DNA of 55,035 bases from Candidatus Iainarchaeum sp. GTDB taxonomy: Archaea; Iainarchaeota; Iainarchaeia; Iainarchaeales; GCA-2688035. This document shows positions 8,607 through 17,333 of the stretch, in pieces. Position 1 is the first letter of the stretch, and each line of letters starts with the position of its first letter. The notes beneath the pieces were generated by a model, which was not told the DNA's origin, did no database searches, and worked only from the letters and a program-made list of their open reading frames with translations. The position numbers and the translations under genes were made by a program. The stretch is taken from contig JAFCCO010000009.1 of the NCBI GenBank assembly GCA_017610175.1, positions 1-55,035 on the forward strand, read 5' to 3'.

Positions 8607-10556
8607 TTAAATAATTAATGGTACAGCCACCAATGCAACAATGGTCATCAGTTTAATCAAAATGTTCAGTGAAGGCCCCGCAGTGTCCTTAAACGGGTCT
8701 CCAACCGTGTCCCCAACAACCGCCGCCTTGTGAACAGGGCTTCCTTTTCCGCCCAAATTTCCTTTCTCAATCCATTTCTTTGCATTGTCCCAAACAGCGC
8801 CTGTGTTTGCCATAAACACAGCCAGCAGGAAACCTGTGGCAATTGAGCCCGCGAGGAAGCCTGCGAGCGCCTCAGCCCCAAGAGACAGGCCGATTGCAAG
8901 CGGGAAGAGAATTGCCGTAAGGGCCGGAACAAGCATTGCATGAATTGCCCCTTCAGTGCTTATTGCAATGCATCTGTCATAATCCGGTTTTGCCTTTCCC
9001 TGCAAAATCCCCTTTATTTCGCGGAACTGCCTGCGAACCTCTTCAACCATTTTGTTGGCTGTTTTTCCAACGGCAGTCATTGTAAGCGATGAGAATATGA
9101 ATGGAACAAGCGCCCCAATAAACAAGCCCACCATGACAACAGGGTTGTTCAAATTAATTGATTCAAGGCCTGCAACAAGGCTGAATGAAGCAAACAATGC
9201 AATCGAGGTTAGTGCTGCGGAACTTATTGCAAAGCCCTTTCCAATTGCCGCTGTGCTGTTTCCAACAGCATCAAGCATTGAAGTTCTTTCAAGAACCTCG
9301 GCATTAAGCCCGGTCATCTCGGCAATTCCCTGTGCATTGTCAGAGATGCTTCCGAACGTGTCTGATGCAAGTGTCAATGCAAGAACTGAAAGCATTCCAA
9401 CCGCTGCAATTGCAATCCCAAAAAGGCCTGCAAAGTAATATGAGACAAGCATTGCAAAACATACTGCAACAACCGGCCCTATTGTTGAAAGCATTCCTGT
9501 TCCAATGCCGCTGATTATGTTTGTGCCCGCCCCTGTTTTTGCAGCCATCGCAACCTGCCTGGCAGGAGAGTATTCGGTTGAAGTAAAGTATTCGGCAGAG
9601 TAGCCTACAAATATTGCGCTAACAAGGCCTGCGACAAGGGCGTAGAATAATCCAAGGTTTGGGAATGCGCCGCTTATTGCAAAGAATGAAAGTGCCGCAG
9701 TTAGCCCTGTGGCAATAAGAACCGAACGATTAATTGCAGTGAATACCTTTTCTCCGCTTGCCTTGGCAAAGAAACTTGCAATAACGCTTGCAACTATCCC
9801 AAGGGCTGCAATTCCAAGGGGAAGAAGGGCACCAAGAATCGGGTATGTAATAACCCCAATTACCATTGCCGCAATTATTGAATCAACATAGCTTTCAAAG
9901 AGATCTGCGCCCATCCCTGCAACATCCCCAACATTGTCCCCAACATTGTCTGCGATTGTTGCAGGATTCATTGGAGAATCCTCGGGAATTCCCGCCTCAA
10001 CCTTGCCAACAAGGTCTGCCCCAACATCTGCCGCTTTTGTGAAAATTCCGCCCCCAACCCTTGCAAAGAGCGCTACGCTGCTTGCCCCGAAACCAAAGCC
10101 GTAGAGCAGGACCGGATCCTGGAAAAAATAATAAAGGGCTGTTACCCCAAGAAGGCCAAAACCCGCAACTGCAAAGCCCGCAACAAGCCCGCTTGAAAAC
10201 GCTACATTGAAGGCCTGCCCAATTCCAGATTTTGCGGCATGAGCGGTTCGAGTGTTTGCCTTTGTTGCTATCCTCATTCCAATGTTTCCGCTCAATGCGG
10301 AAAGCAATGCCCCCAAAACAAACCCAACAGTTGTTTCAAACCCGATTGTGAAGAACAGCACAATCGCAACCACAACAACAAAGCCTGAGAGAACAACATA
10401 CTCCTTGTGCAAAAACGTTAGAGCCCCTTGGTGGATTAGTTCGGAAACTTCCTGCATTGGCTTTGTGCCCGGATTTTTTTTAAGAATGTTAAAATAGTTG
10501 AAGATGGCAAAGCCCACCGCTGCAAGGGCTATTAGCGCAATCCATTCCAAAGGCAT
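8607..10556 (-). CDS. hppA: Membrane-bound ion-translocating pyrophosphatase (K+-dependent, probably Na+-pumping)
   Basis: [45 protein letters not shown] (Ala at the K+-dependence position), [14 protein letters not shown]. Confidence 0.96.
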   Translation of the reverse strand: MPLEWIALIALAAVGFAIFNYFNILKKNPGTKPMQEVSELIHQGALTFLHKEYVVLSGFVVVVAIVLFFTIGFETTVGFVLGALLSALSGNIGMRIATKANTRTAHAAKSGIGQAFNVAFSSGLVAGFAVAGFGLLGVTALYYFFQDPVLLYGFGFGASSVALFARVGGGIFTKAADVGADLVGKVEAGIPEDSPMNPATIADNVGDNVGDVAGMGADLFESYVDSIIAAMVIGVITYPILGALLPLGIAALGIVASVIASFFAKASGEKVFTAINRSVLIATGLTAALSFFAISGAFPNLGLFYALVAGLVSAIFVGYSAEYFTSTEYSPARQVAMAAKTGAGTNIISGIGTGMLSTIGPVVAVCFAMLVSYYFAGLFGIAIAAVGMLSVLALTLASDTFGSISDNAQGIAEMTGLNAEVLERTSMLDAVGNSTAAIGKGFAISSAALTSIALFASFSLVAGLESINLNNPVVMVGLFIGALVPFIFSSLTMTAVGKTANKMVEEVRRQFREIKGILQGKAKPDYDRCIAISTEGAIHAMLVPALTAILFPLAIGLSLGAEALAGFLAGSIATGFLLAVFMANTGAVWDNAKKWIEKGNLGGKGSPVHKAAVVGDTVGDPFKDTAGPSLNILIKLMTIVALVAVPLII

Positions 10557-10582
10557 ACTATTTTAGAGAGAATTTGAAATTA

Positions 10583-11806
10583 TTAAGCTTTTTGGCTGTT
10601 TTTGGAAAGCCTTTCAACCGCGTCATCCACTTTGCCCTCTGCAAAAAGCTGGAAAAATTCCCTCACATCAAAAGCGTTCTTGAAAGATGTTTGCGCAAGG
10701 TTCTTCTCAAGAAGGTCAAGGCCCATTGCGCTAATGCTTTTCTTTCCGGCCTGCATTGCCCTTAATTCCTCAAGCTTTTTTGCGAACGAAATTGTTTCAA
10801 ACTCCTTGTCAACAAACACAATCGCCTTTTCGCAAAATGGCTCAAGCACCTTGCTAAGCGATATGTCACTTTGCCTCAGCCCTTTTGCAAGGCTTCCCTT
10901 TAATTTTATTTTAACCAGTGGCTTTTGCTCAAATTGGTTGGATAAAACTTCCTTCATTGAGCTTTCAATCGCTTTTTCCACCAGCTCCTGTGTCGCGCCC
11001 TCAAGCTTGTGCTTGAAGAAAAGGAACTTGCGCTGCGCAGGCAGTGAAACAAATTCAAGGGAGTCAGACTCCGTGTCCCAGATAAAAATCCCTTTCTCCT
11101 TTTCGGACTCAAGGCGCTTCATCTGCGTAAGGACAGTGCTGCCGGGCATTATAAAGCGCGAGCCGTTGAGGTCTTCCTGGCTGGTCCAGTGCAAATGCCC
11201 GTTTATTGCAAGGTCAAAGCCGCGCGGAATGTCGGCAAGAGAAATGCTTGCAATCATCTCGTCATCAAAAGGCAGGTAATCCTTAATGCTTTGGTGAAGC
11301 ATTAGCACATTCTTTTTGCCGTCAATTGGCTTTGGGTCCCACATCTTCAATGCGTCAAGCGCTTTCTTTTCCGGAACACCACTTAAGCCGTGCACAACCA
11401 ATCCATTGAATGAGGCGGTTGCGGCATGAATGTGGACAAGGATTCCCGCCGCCTCAAGAACCTCAAGCGCATTCTTAAAGCCCTTGCCGCGGCATTCGTG
11501 TGTCCCGTGAATTGCAATCAAAGGAATGTGTGAGAAGCCAAACTCTTCCTGCCTGCCCTGCTTTTCCTTCACAACAGTTGCATCGGCAGGCGCTTTATTT
11601 AGCATTGAAAACAGCCGAAATGTCTTCTCCCACGTTTCCTGCGAGGGAACATCGTCATCAAATAGGTCGCCTGCGTGAAGAATCAGTTCGGCCTTATTTT
11701 CAATCGCAAGCTTTAGTGCCTGGCCCGCCTGATCAAAGCATTCGCTGGCGCGCTCTGTTCCCTCGGCAAAGCCAAGGTGAAAATCGGACAATATCGCTAC
11801 CTTCAT
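10583..11806 (-). CDS. mre11: Mre11/SbcD-family DNA repair nuclease
   Basis: Phosphoesterase motifs SDFHLG, AGDLFD, HGTHE, LHQ, GHLH, PGS, followed by a capping domain. Confidence 0.88.
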   Translation of the reverse strand: MKVAILSDFHLGFAEGTERASECFDQAGQALKLAIENKAELILHAGDLFDDDVPSQETWEKTFRLFSMLNKAPADATVVKEKQGRQEEFGFSHIPLIAIHGTHECRGKGFKNALEVLEAAGILVHIHAATASFNGLVVHGLSGVPEKKALDALKMWDPKPIDGKKNVLMLHQSIKDYLPFDDEMIASISLADIPRGFDLAINGHLHWTSQEDLNGSRFIMPGSTVLTQMKRLESEKEKGIFIWDTESDSLEFVSLPAQRKFLFFKHKLEGATQELVEKAIESSMKEVLSNQFEQKPLVKIKLKGSLAKGLRQSDISLSKVLEPFCEKAIVFVDKEFETISFAKKLEELRAMQAGKKSISAMGLDLLEKNLAQTSFKNAFDVREFFQLFAEGKVDDAVERLSKNSQKA

Positions 11807-11849
11807 CGAATCAATAAAATTAGGCAGGAGAGTGCATAAATAGGTTTCT

Positions 11850-12167
11850 CTAACTCACAAGCTTTAGTGTTTTATCAAGCTCTTTTCTAGCCTCTTTAAG
11901 CAGTGCCTTTCCCGACGCGGTTATTGTGTAAATTGTCCTGTTGCCCTCTTTTTTTGCGGTCACAAAGTCCCTGTTTTCAAGCTTGTAGAGTACAACGTAA
12001 ACCGACACATTTCCGGGAAGAAAGCCAAATTTTTTCTTAATCTGTTCGCGCAGAACATAGGCGTGGGATGAATCCTTCTTCAGCATGCTAAGAATGTAAA
12101 TCCAAAGAAGCTCAATGCCCAATTTTCTCTTAAGCCGGTCAATTTCCCTGCTTTTTGGCGAAACCAT
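11850..12167 (-). CDS. PadR-family transcriptional regulator
   Basis: ILSML...HAY.L...I...PG...VY..L.KLE...V....EGNRTIYTITASGK..L. Start ATG 12167. Confidence 0.88.
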   Translation of the reverse strand: MVSPKSREIDRLKRKLGIELLWIYILSMLKKDSSHAYVLREQIKKKFGFLPGNVSVYVVLYKLENRDFVTAKKEGNRTIYTITASGKALLKEARKELDKTLKLVS

Positions 12168-12199
12168 TGCTACATAAGATGGAAAGAAAGCTTTATAAG

Positions 12200-12247
12200 C
12201 ATAAAATACTATTTTATGAATATAAAATAGTTTACGATTATAAAATA
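12200..12247. promoter_or_regulatory. Candidate PadR operator(s) in the divergent padR/ino1 promoter region
   Basis: Perfect inverted repeat CATAAAATA-C-TATTTTATG (12200-12218). The half-site ATAAAATA recurs at 12222 and 12240. Confidence 0.55.
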
Positions 12248-12273
12248 ATAATCGAAAAATCCGAGGTGGTTTA

Positions 12274-13380
12274 ATGGGAAAAATTAAGGTTGCGATTGCA
12301 GGAATAGGCAATTGTGCCAGCTCACTGATTCAGGGAGTTGAATTCTACAAGGACGTTAGCGAAAGCGACGAGCTTGTTCCGGGCCTAATGCACAATGTTG
12401 TGGGAGGCTACAAGATTTCAGACATTGAATTTGTTGCGGCATTCGACGTTGACAAAAGAAAGGTTGGCAAGCCTTTGAACGAGGCAATTTACGCAAAGCC
12501 AAACAACACATACACAATCATAGAAAAAGTTTCAAAGTGGGGAGATATAATTGTGCAGAAAGGACCTGTACTTGACGGTATCGCAGACCACATGATTGAA
12601 TACGACGAGGACGTTTCCTTCAGGGTTGACGAAAGTACGGAACCCGCCGACACAACAAAGGTTCTGAAAGAATCGGGAGCCGACGTTTTCATGAACTACA
12701 TGCCGGTTGGTTCGGAAAAGGCAACACAGCACTATGCACAGGCCGCGCTTGATGCAGGTTGTGCTTTCCTCAACTGTATCCCTTCATTCATCGTTTCAGA
12801 CGAGGCATGGGAGAAAAAGTTTGTTGAGAAAAAGCTTCCTTGCGCAGGAGACGACATCAAGGCACAGGTTGGTGCAACAATTGTGCACAGAACCCTTGCA
12901 AAGCTGTTCGATGACCGAGGAGTTAAGATTGACGGAACCTACCAGCTTAATGTTGGGGGAAACACAGACTTTTTGAACATGGCAAGGCACAACAGGCTAA
13001 AGTTCAAGAGGATTTCAAAGACAGAGGCCGTTCAGAGCAATTTGAAAGTGCCGCTTGACGCAGACAAGGTCCACATCGGGCCAAGCGATTTCGTGCCATG
13101 GATTAAGGACAGAAAGATTTGCTTCTGCAGAATAGAGGGAAGAAAATTCGGTGAAGCGCCTGTAAACGTTGAGGTAAGGCTTCAGGTTGAGGACTCTCCA
13201 AACAGCGCAGGATGCACAATTGACGGGATTCGCTGCCTAAAGCTTGCTTTGGACAGGGGAGTTTCAGGAAAGCTGACATCAATTTCGGCCTACACAATGA
13301 AGCACCCGCCACACCAGTTCCCTGACCCTGAAGCAAGGAAAATGGTTGAAGAATATATCACAGGAGAAAGGGAAAGATAA
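12274..13380 (+). CDS. ino1: myo-inositol-1-phosphate synthase
   Basis: AGIGNCASSL, YMPVGS, GDDIKAQVGAT, QLNVGGNTDF, KRISKT, DSPNSAG. GAGGTG RBS. Confidence 0.96.
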   Translation: MGKIKVAIAGIGNCASSLIQGVEFYKDVSESDELVPGLMHNVVGGYKISDIEFVAAFDVDKRKVGKPLNEAIYAKPNNTYTIIEKVSKWGDIIVQKGPVLDGIADHMIEYDEDVSFRVDESTEPADTTKVLKESGADVFMNYMPVGSEKATQHYAQAALDAGCAFLNCIPSFIVSDEAWEKKFVEKKLPCAGDDIKAQVGATIVHRTLAKLFDDRGVKIDGTYQLNVGGNTDFLNMARHNRLKFKRISKTEAVQSNLKVPLDADKVHIGPSDFVPWIKDRKICFCRIEGRKFGEAPVNVEVRLQVEDSPNSAGCTIDGIRCLKLALDRGVSGKLTSISAYTMKHPPHQFPDPEARKMVEEYITGERER

Positions 13381-13408
13381 TTTCCCTTTTCCTTATTTCT
13401 TTTTTTTT
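13363..13408 (+). terminator. Hairpin plus T-tract after ino1
   Basis: GGAGAAAGGGAAA / TTTCCCTTTTCC imperfect stem followed by a long T run. Confidence 0.5.
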
Positions 13409-13446
13409 AGAAAAACATATTAACCAGAAAAGAGACTGTTTCTTTA

Positions 13447-14058
13447 ATGCTCTACAAGAACCGCGCAAGGTTTGACAAACTGTCCACAAAAATTGGAATA
13501 CTTTTCAGCAAGCTCCCACTCACCCCAAACCAGTGGACCGTGCTCTCCCTTCTTCCGGCATTAATTGCACTTTATTTTCTCAGCCAAAGCGAATTCATTC
13601 TCGCAGGCGCATTCTTCATAGTTTCAGCATTCCTCGATATGGTTGACGGGGCAGTTGCACGCGTAAGGGAGCAGTCAACAAAGTTCGGGGCATATCTTGA
13701 CACAATTGTGGACAGGTATGTTGAGGCAATAATTGTTTTTGGCCTGCTTTTTGTCGCACTCCCGGAATTCATTGTTCCCGCGGTTGCCTGGATTTTTCTC
13801 TACCTGTTCGGGGCAATGATGACAACATATGCAAAGGCCGCTGCAAAGGAGAAAGAGATTGTGCAGGGGCAGGAGCTTAAGGGCGGGCTGCTTGAAAGGG
13901 CGGAAAGGCTAATTATTCTCTTTGTTGGAATATTAAGCGCCTCATTCAACCCTCTTTACCTTACATATGTTTTGGCTGCGCTTGCAATTCTCACAAACAT
14001 TTCCGCACTGCAGAGAATCAGGATTGCAATGAAATTCAAAAAGGCTTCATCAGCTTGA
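13447..14058 (+). CDS. CDP-alcohol phosphatidyltransferase (likely archaetidylinositol-phosphate synthase)
   Basis: TPNQWT, signature DMVDGAVAR......FGAYLDTIVDR, GLLERAER. Directly downstream of ino1. Confidence 0.9.
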   Translation: MLYKNRARFDKLSTKIGILFSKLPLTPNQWTVLSLLPALIALYFLSQSEFILAGAFFIVSAFLDMVDGAVARVREQSTKFGAYLDTIVDRYVEAIIVFGLLFVALPEFIVPAVAWIFLYLFGAMMTTYAKAAAKEKEIVQGQELKGGLLERAERLIILFVGILSASFNPLYLTYVLAALAILTNISALQRIRIAMKFKKASSA

Positions 14059-14698
14059 ATTTTGCAATTGTTGAAAAGCGGTGTATAAGGGGGCTTGAAA
14101 GTTTTCCTGAAGCAATTGTCTTTTTCTTAAGCAACGCCTTTCTCAAATCATCCGTTGTTGCCCCTGTGCATTCGGTAAACGCGTTTCCAATTTCCTGCGG
14201 GACATGGGCATCGCTTCCGCCGGTAACTGCAAGGTTGTTCTTTTCTGCAAATTCAGCCGCCTTTTTGTTAAAGCTGCTTAGCACGCACCTGCTGTTGAAT
14301 GCCTCAACCGCATTGACCTTCTTTGCAAAGCCCTGCTTGTCCTTGAAGTTGTGCCTGAAAATATCAAACGGGTGCGCTATAACAGAGATTGCCCCCTGTG
14401 AATTAAGGGAATCAATAACCTCACCGCGCGAAGCGGGCTTTACCTCCTTGTTCATGAAAAGGCCGATTAGTTCCCCAACCGTTTTGCCGTTTTCAAGAAC
14501 CTTTATTTCCTCACCCTTAACAAAGAGAAGCCTGCTTTTTTTGCAGAACTTTTCAAGTTCATTCCACGCAGCAGTTGTGTTGTGGTCTGTTATTGCAATT
14601 CCCTCCAACCCAACCTTTAGCGCGGTCTTCACAATTGTCTCAGGTTTTGAAAGCCCGTCAGAGCTGTACATGCTGTGTATGTGCAAGTCAAACCTCAT
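14036..14698 (-). CDS. PHP-family metal-dependent phosphoesterase
   Basis: DLHIHS..SDG, ITDHN, GEEI, AHPF, EAFNSR, GGSDAH. Confidence 0.92.
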   Translation of the reverse strand: MRFDLHIHSMYSSDGLSKPETIVKTALKVGLEGIAITDHNTTAAWNELEKFCKKSRLLFVKGEEIKVLENGKTVGELIGLFMNKEVKPASRGEVIDSLNSQGAISVIAHPFDIFRHNFKDKQGFAKKVNAVEAFNSRCVLSSFNKKAAEFAEKNNLAVTGGSDAHVPQEIGNAFTECTGATTDDLRKALLKKKTIASGKLSSPLIHRFSTIAKFKLMKPF

Positions 14699-15606
14699 GC
14701 AATCATCGCCTCCTTCTCTTTTCGAATGGAGTTGGGGTAAAGAAGCAGCGGCCTTATGACCACAAGCTTGCTTTTTGAATCGTGCTTTGCATAGGCCTTG
14801 AGGGCTTTTTCTGAAACGCCTTCATCCGCCGTTCCCACTGCCTGAACTTCCCTTTCTTTAACAAGCTTTTCAAAGTCCTTTTCCTCGGTGAAAAGGAATT
14901 CCCTGAATGCATTGAATTTTTTCAGCTTGTTAATGTGTGCTTCAAGCGCCTTGGTTTTCTTTGCCACAACAGGATGGATGTTGCAGCCCCTAAACATTAG
15001 CAGTAGTGCAGCGGTCAATTCGTTTTTCTCCCCCTTAAACTCAAACGCAAGGTTTCCCTCAACCCCAAGGGGCAAGCCCCGCGGGCAGGAAATACTGTCT
15101 GCAAAAACAAAGAAGTCCCTTTGTCTGACCTCCACAAAAATTGTTTTGTCCGGCTTTTTTAGCTTTACGGAAAGCCCCGGAATCGCATCCATTATTGTGG
15201 CGCCCAGCTTAATTTCAAAGTCCTTGGAGGTAATTTCAACAGTTTTAACCCTTCTTGCCCTCACCGCAAACGAATCCCCTTTTTTGAGGATGCGCTTTGC
15301 ATATTCAAGAACCGGCTGCTCAACATCAGAGTATTCTTTCCACTTTTTTCTTTCAGCAAATGCAACCGCATGCACCCCAACTGTGTACTTCATTATTTCA
15401 GCAACCTTTTCAAGCTCTGGCGCAAACAGGTAGAGCCTGCCTCCACCTCTTGCAACCCTTTCAAGCCCCACTCCCTTGTTCTTTAGCGCGTGCTTTATGT
15501 TTAGCACAAGCTTTTTTGTGAAATAGGTTCTGACATGGTCGCTTTTCAAAGCAATTTCGCTTCCTGTTTTCACAAGCAGGCAAGGGCCGTAATTTGCCTC
15601 AATCAT
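14695..15606 (-). CDS. THUMP-domain protein, ThiI-like with a degenerate PP-loop
   Basis: ThiI N-terminus SEIALKS, THUMP SFAVRARR...V.LKKPD, and GLPLGVEG. The SGGxDS motif is absent. Confidence 0.8.
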   Translation of the reverse strand: MIEANYGPCLLVKTGSEIALKSDHVRTYFTKKLVLNIKHALKNKGVGLERVARGGGRLYLFAPELEKVAEIMKYTVGVHAVAFAERKKWKEYSDVEQPVLEYAKRILKKGDSFAVRARRVKTVEITSKDFEIKLGATIMDAIPGLSVKLKKPDKTIFVEVRQRDFFVFADSISCPRGLPLGVEGNLAFEFKGEKNELTAALLLMFRGCNIHPVVAKKTKALEAHINKLKKFNAFREFLFTEEKDFEKLVKEREVQAVGTADEGVSEKALKAYAKHDSKSKLVVIRPLLLYPNSIRKEKEAMIA

Positions 15607-15655
15607 AAGATATTTAAAGGAAAGCAAGCATTAAATTATATTATGGCTGCAAGAA

Positions 15656-15883
15656 GTGAGCGCCTTTGCCAAGGCCAGTGAACTTATTCTAGACATTTTA
15701 GCCAGCCACAGGAAACTTTCACAGAAAGGCATCGCCACATATGGCAAAATTCCCGCAAGAACGGTCAGGTACAACCTAAAGCAACTGGTGCAAAAGGGGC
15801 TTGTGAGGGAAAGCATTGTGTGGAACGATTTGAGGCAGAAAGAGTTTGAACTGGGTGATGGACTTTGTCTGATTCGGTACTGA
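15656..15883 (+). CDS. Small winged-HTH protein
   Basis: ILDIL....LSQKGIA...IPARTVRYNLKQLVQKGLV. Overlaps the cysK start. Confidence 0.75.
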   Translation: MSAFAKASELILDILASHRKLSQKGIATYGKIPARTVRYNLKQLVQKGLVRESIVWNDLRQKEFELGDGLCLIRY

Positions 15884-16758
15884 ACGCCATTGGAAACACC
15901 CCGCTTATTGAAATGGGCAATGTTTTTGCAAAGCTTGAAAGCGTTAATCCAAGCGGGAGCATAAAGGACAGGGTTGCGTTGGAAATAATTGGGGACGCGG
16001 AAAGGAAGGGACTGCTGAAAAAAGGTCACAGAATAGTTGAGGCAAGCAGCGGAAACACAGGGATAGCCTTGTCTATGGTTGCGGCCGTGAAGGGTTACAG
16101 GACAACAATTGTGATGCCCGAGAACATGAGTGAGGAAAGAAAGCAGATGATGCAGGCCTTTGGTGCGAAAATAGTGCTCACCCCAAAAAGTGGAAGCCTG
16201 GGAGAGGCAATAAAAATGGCCGAGGAAATTGCCGGCGAGCCAAAAACGTTTCATGCACAACAGTTCAGCAACCCTGCAAACATAACGGCCCAAGAGAAGA
16301 CAGGGGAAGAAATTTTGGGAGAAATTGGCGCCGTTGACGCAATCGTTGCAGGTGTTGGAACAGGCGGAACGCTTATGGGAATCGCAAACGCGGTAAGAAA
16401 AGTTAATCCAAATGTAAAGACCATTGCAGTGGAACCGGAGGAAGCCGCAGTAATGTTTGGCGGAAGCGAAGCCAGGATAAGGGAACACAAGATTCAGGGA
16501 ATCGGGGACGGCTTTATCCCAAAACTTATTGACATGAACAAGGTTGATGAGGTCTTTACAGTGAAAAGCAAGGAAGCGATGGCAATGGCAAGAAAGCTCT
16601 CGGCAGAGCATGGGCTGCTTGTCGGAATAAGCAGTGGCGCAAACATGCTTATAGCAAGGAGGGCGGCAAAAAGGTTCGGAAAAGTGGCAACAGTGCTTCC
16701 CGACAGGGGGGAAAGATACCTCAGCATGAACCTGTTCAAAGGCAATAGCAACAAATAA
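15865..16758 (+). CDS. cysK: Cysteine synthase (O-acetylserine sulfhydrylase family, PLP)
   Basis: IGNTPL, KLESVNPSGSIKDR, ASSGNTG, GVGTGGT, HKIQGIG, GISSGAN, PDRGERYLS. GGTGA RBS before TTG. Confidence 0.93.
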   Translation: MSDSVLNAIGNTPLIEMGNVFAKLESVNPSGSIKDRVALEIIGDAERKGLLKKGHRIVEASSGNTGIALSMVAAVKGYRTTIVMPENMSEERKQMMQAFGAKIVLTPKSGSLGEAIKMAEEIAGEPKTFHAQQFSNPANITAQEKTGEEILGEIGAVDAIVAGVGTGGTLMGIANAVRKVNPNVKTIAVEPEEAAVMFGGSEARIREHKIQGIGDGFIPKLIDMNKVDEVFTVKSKEAMAMARKLSAEHGLLVGISSGANMLIARRAAKRFGKVATVLPDRGERYLSMNLFKGNSNK

Positions 16759-16830
16759 AAACACTTGCTGGGAAAAAGTTTTCAGAAAAGTTTCTTTTGG
16801 TAAAGCTTTTCTTTCACAAAGAAAAAGTTC

Positions 16831-16901
16831 GCGGGGTTGGCAGAACGGTCATGCACTCGCCTGCAGAGCGAGATAAGGGGGTTCGGCTCCCCCACCCCGC
16901 T
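16831..16901 (+). tRNA. tRNA-Cys (GCA), intronless, CCA not encoded
   Basis: Acceptor GCGGGGT/ACCCCGC with U73; D arm GCAG-AACGGTC-ATGC; anticodon arm CTCGC-CT-GCA-GA-GCGAG (anticodon 16863-16865); T arm GGGGG-TTCGGCT-CCCCC. Confidence 0.93.
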
Positions 16902-16904
16902 TTA

Positions 16905-17267
16905 ATGAAAGCAAAATTAGCCAGAGGTGGAGCCCTAGTAACAATTGGGTATATCCTTTCCCCCCTCTCTTTTTGGAACGACCTTTTTATCAACCTGCCA
17001 ATAGCATATGTTTTTGGAGCAATTTTTGGATTCTTCTCCAAACCACTGTTCTTGCCGGGAATGATTGCAGGCTACTGGATTAGCAATGTTGCAGGAATTA
17101 TCCTAATGCACTTTGGTGCAAAGGACATTGTTTCAAAAGACGGGGTCAAGTACACAAAGAAGGCTCTGGCAAAAGACCTGCTGTTCTCAGTTGGCTACAC
17201 CCTACTTATTATTGCACTAGTTTACTTTGGTTGGCTTAAGCCGCCTACAGAATATTTCAGCACCTAA
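16905..17267 (+). CDS. Small multi-pass membrane protein of unknown function
   Basis: ATG 16905; IGYILSPLSFWNDLFINLPIAY...YWISNVAG; 3-4 hydrophobic segments. The longer ORF call (16797) runs through the tRNA. Confidence 0.78.
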   Translation: MKAKLARGGALVTIGYILSPLSFWNDLFINLPIAYVFGAIFGFFSKPLFLPGMIAGYWISNVAGIILMHFGAKDIVSKDGVKYTKKALAKDLLFSVGYTLLIIALVYFGWLKPPTEYFST

Positions 17268-17333
17268 TTTTGCTTCTACACCCCTCCCTTGCTTTTAGTT
17301 AAATTAAAATACTAGCTTCAACTTAATACCAAC

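Noticed and set aside
12168-12311. Extended N-terminus of PadR in the ORF track
   Set aside because: It runs through the AT-rich promoter and into ino1; ATG 12167 fits the family.
15631-16764. 377-aa antisense ORF (and similar ones at 10602, 14055, 21014, 25317 and 42018)
   Set aside because: These are shadows of well-supported genes on the opposite strand, with no motifs of their own.
16797-16904. N-terminal extension of ORF 16797..17267
   Set aside because: It overlaps the tRNA-Cys; ATG 16905 is the plausible start.
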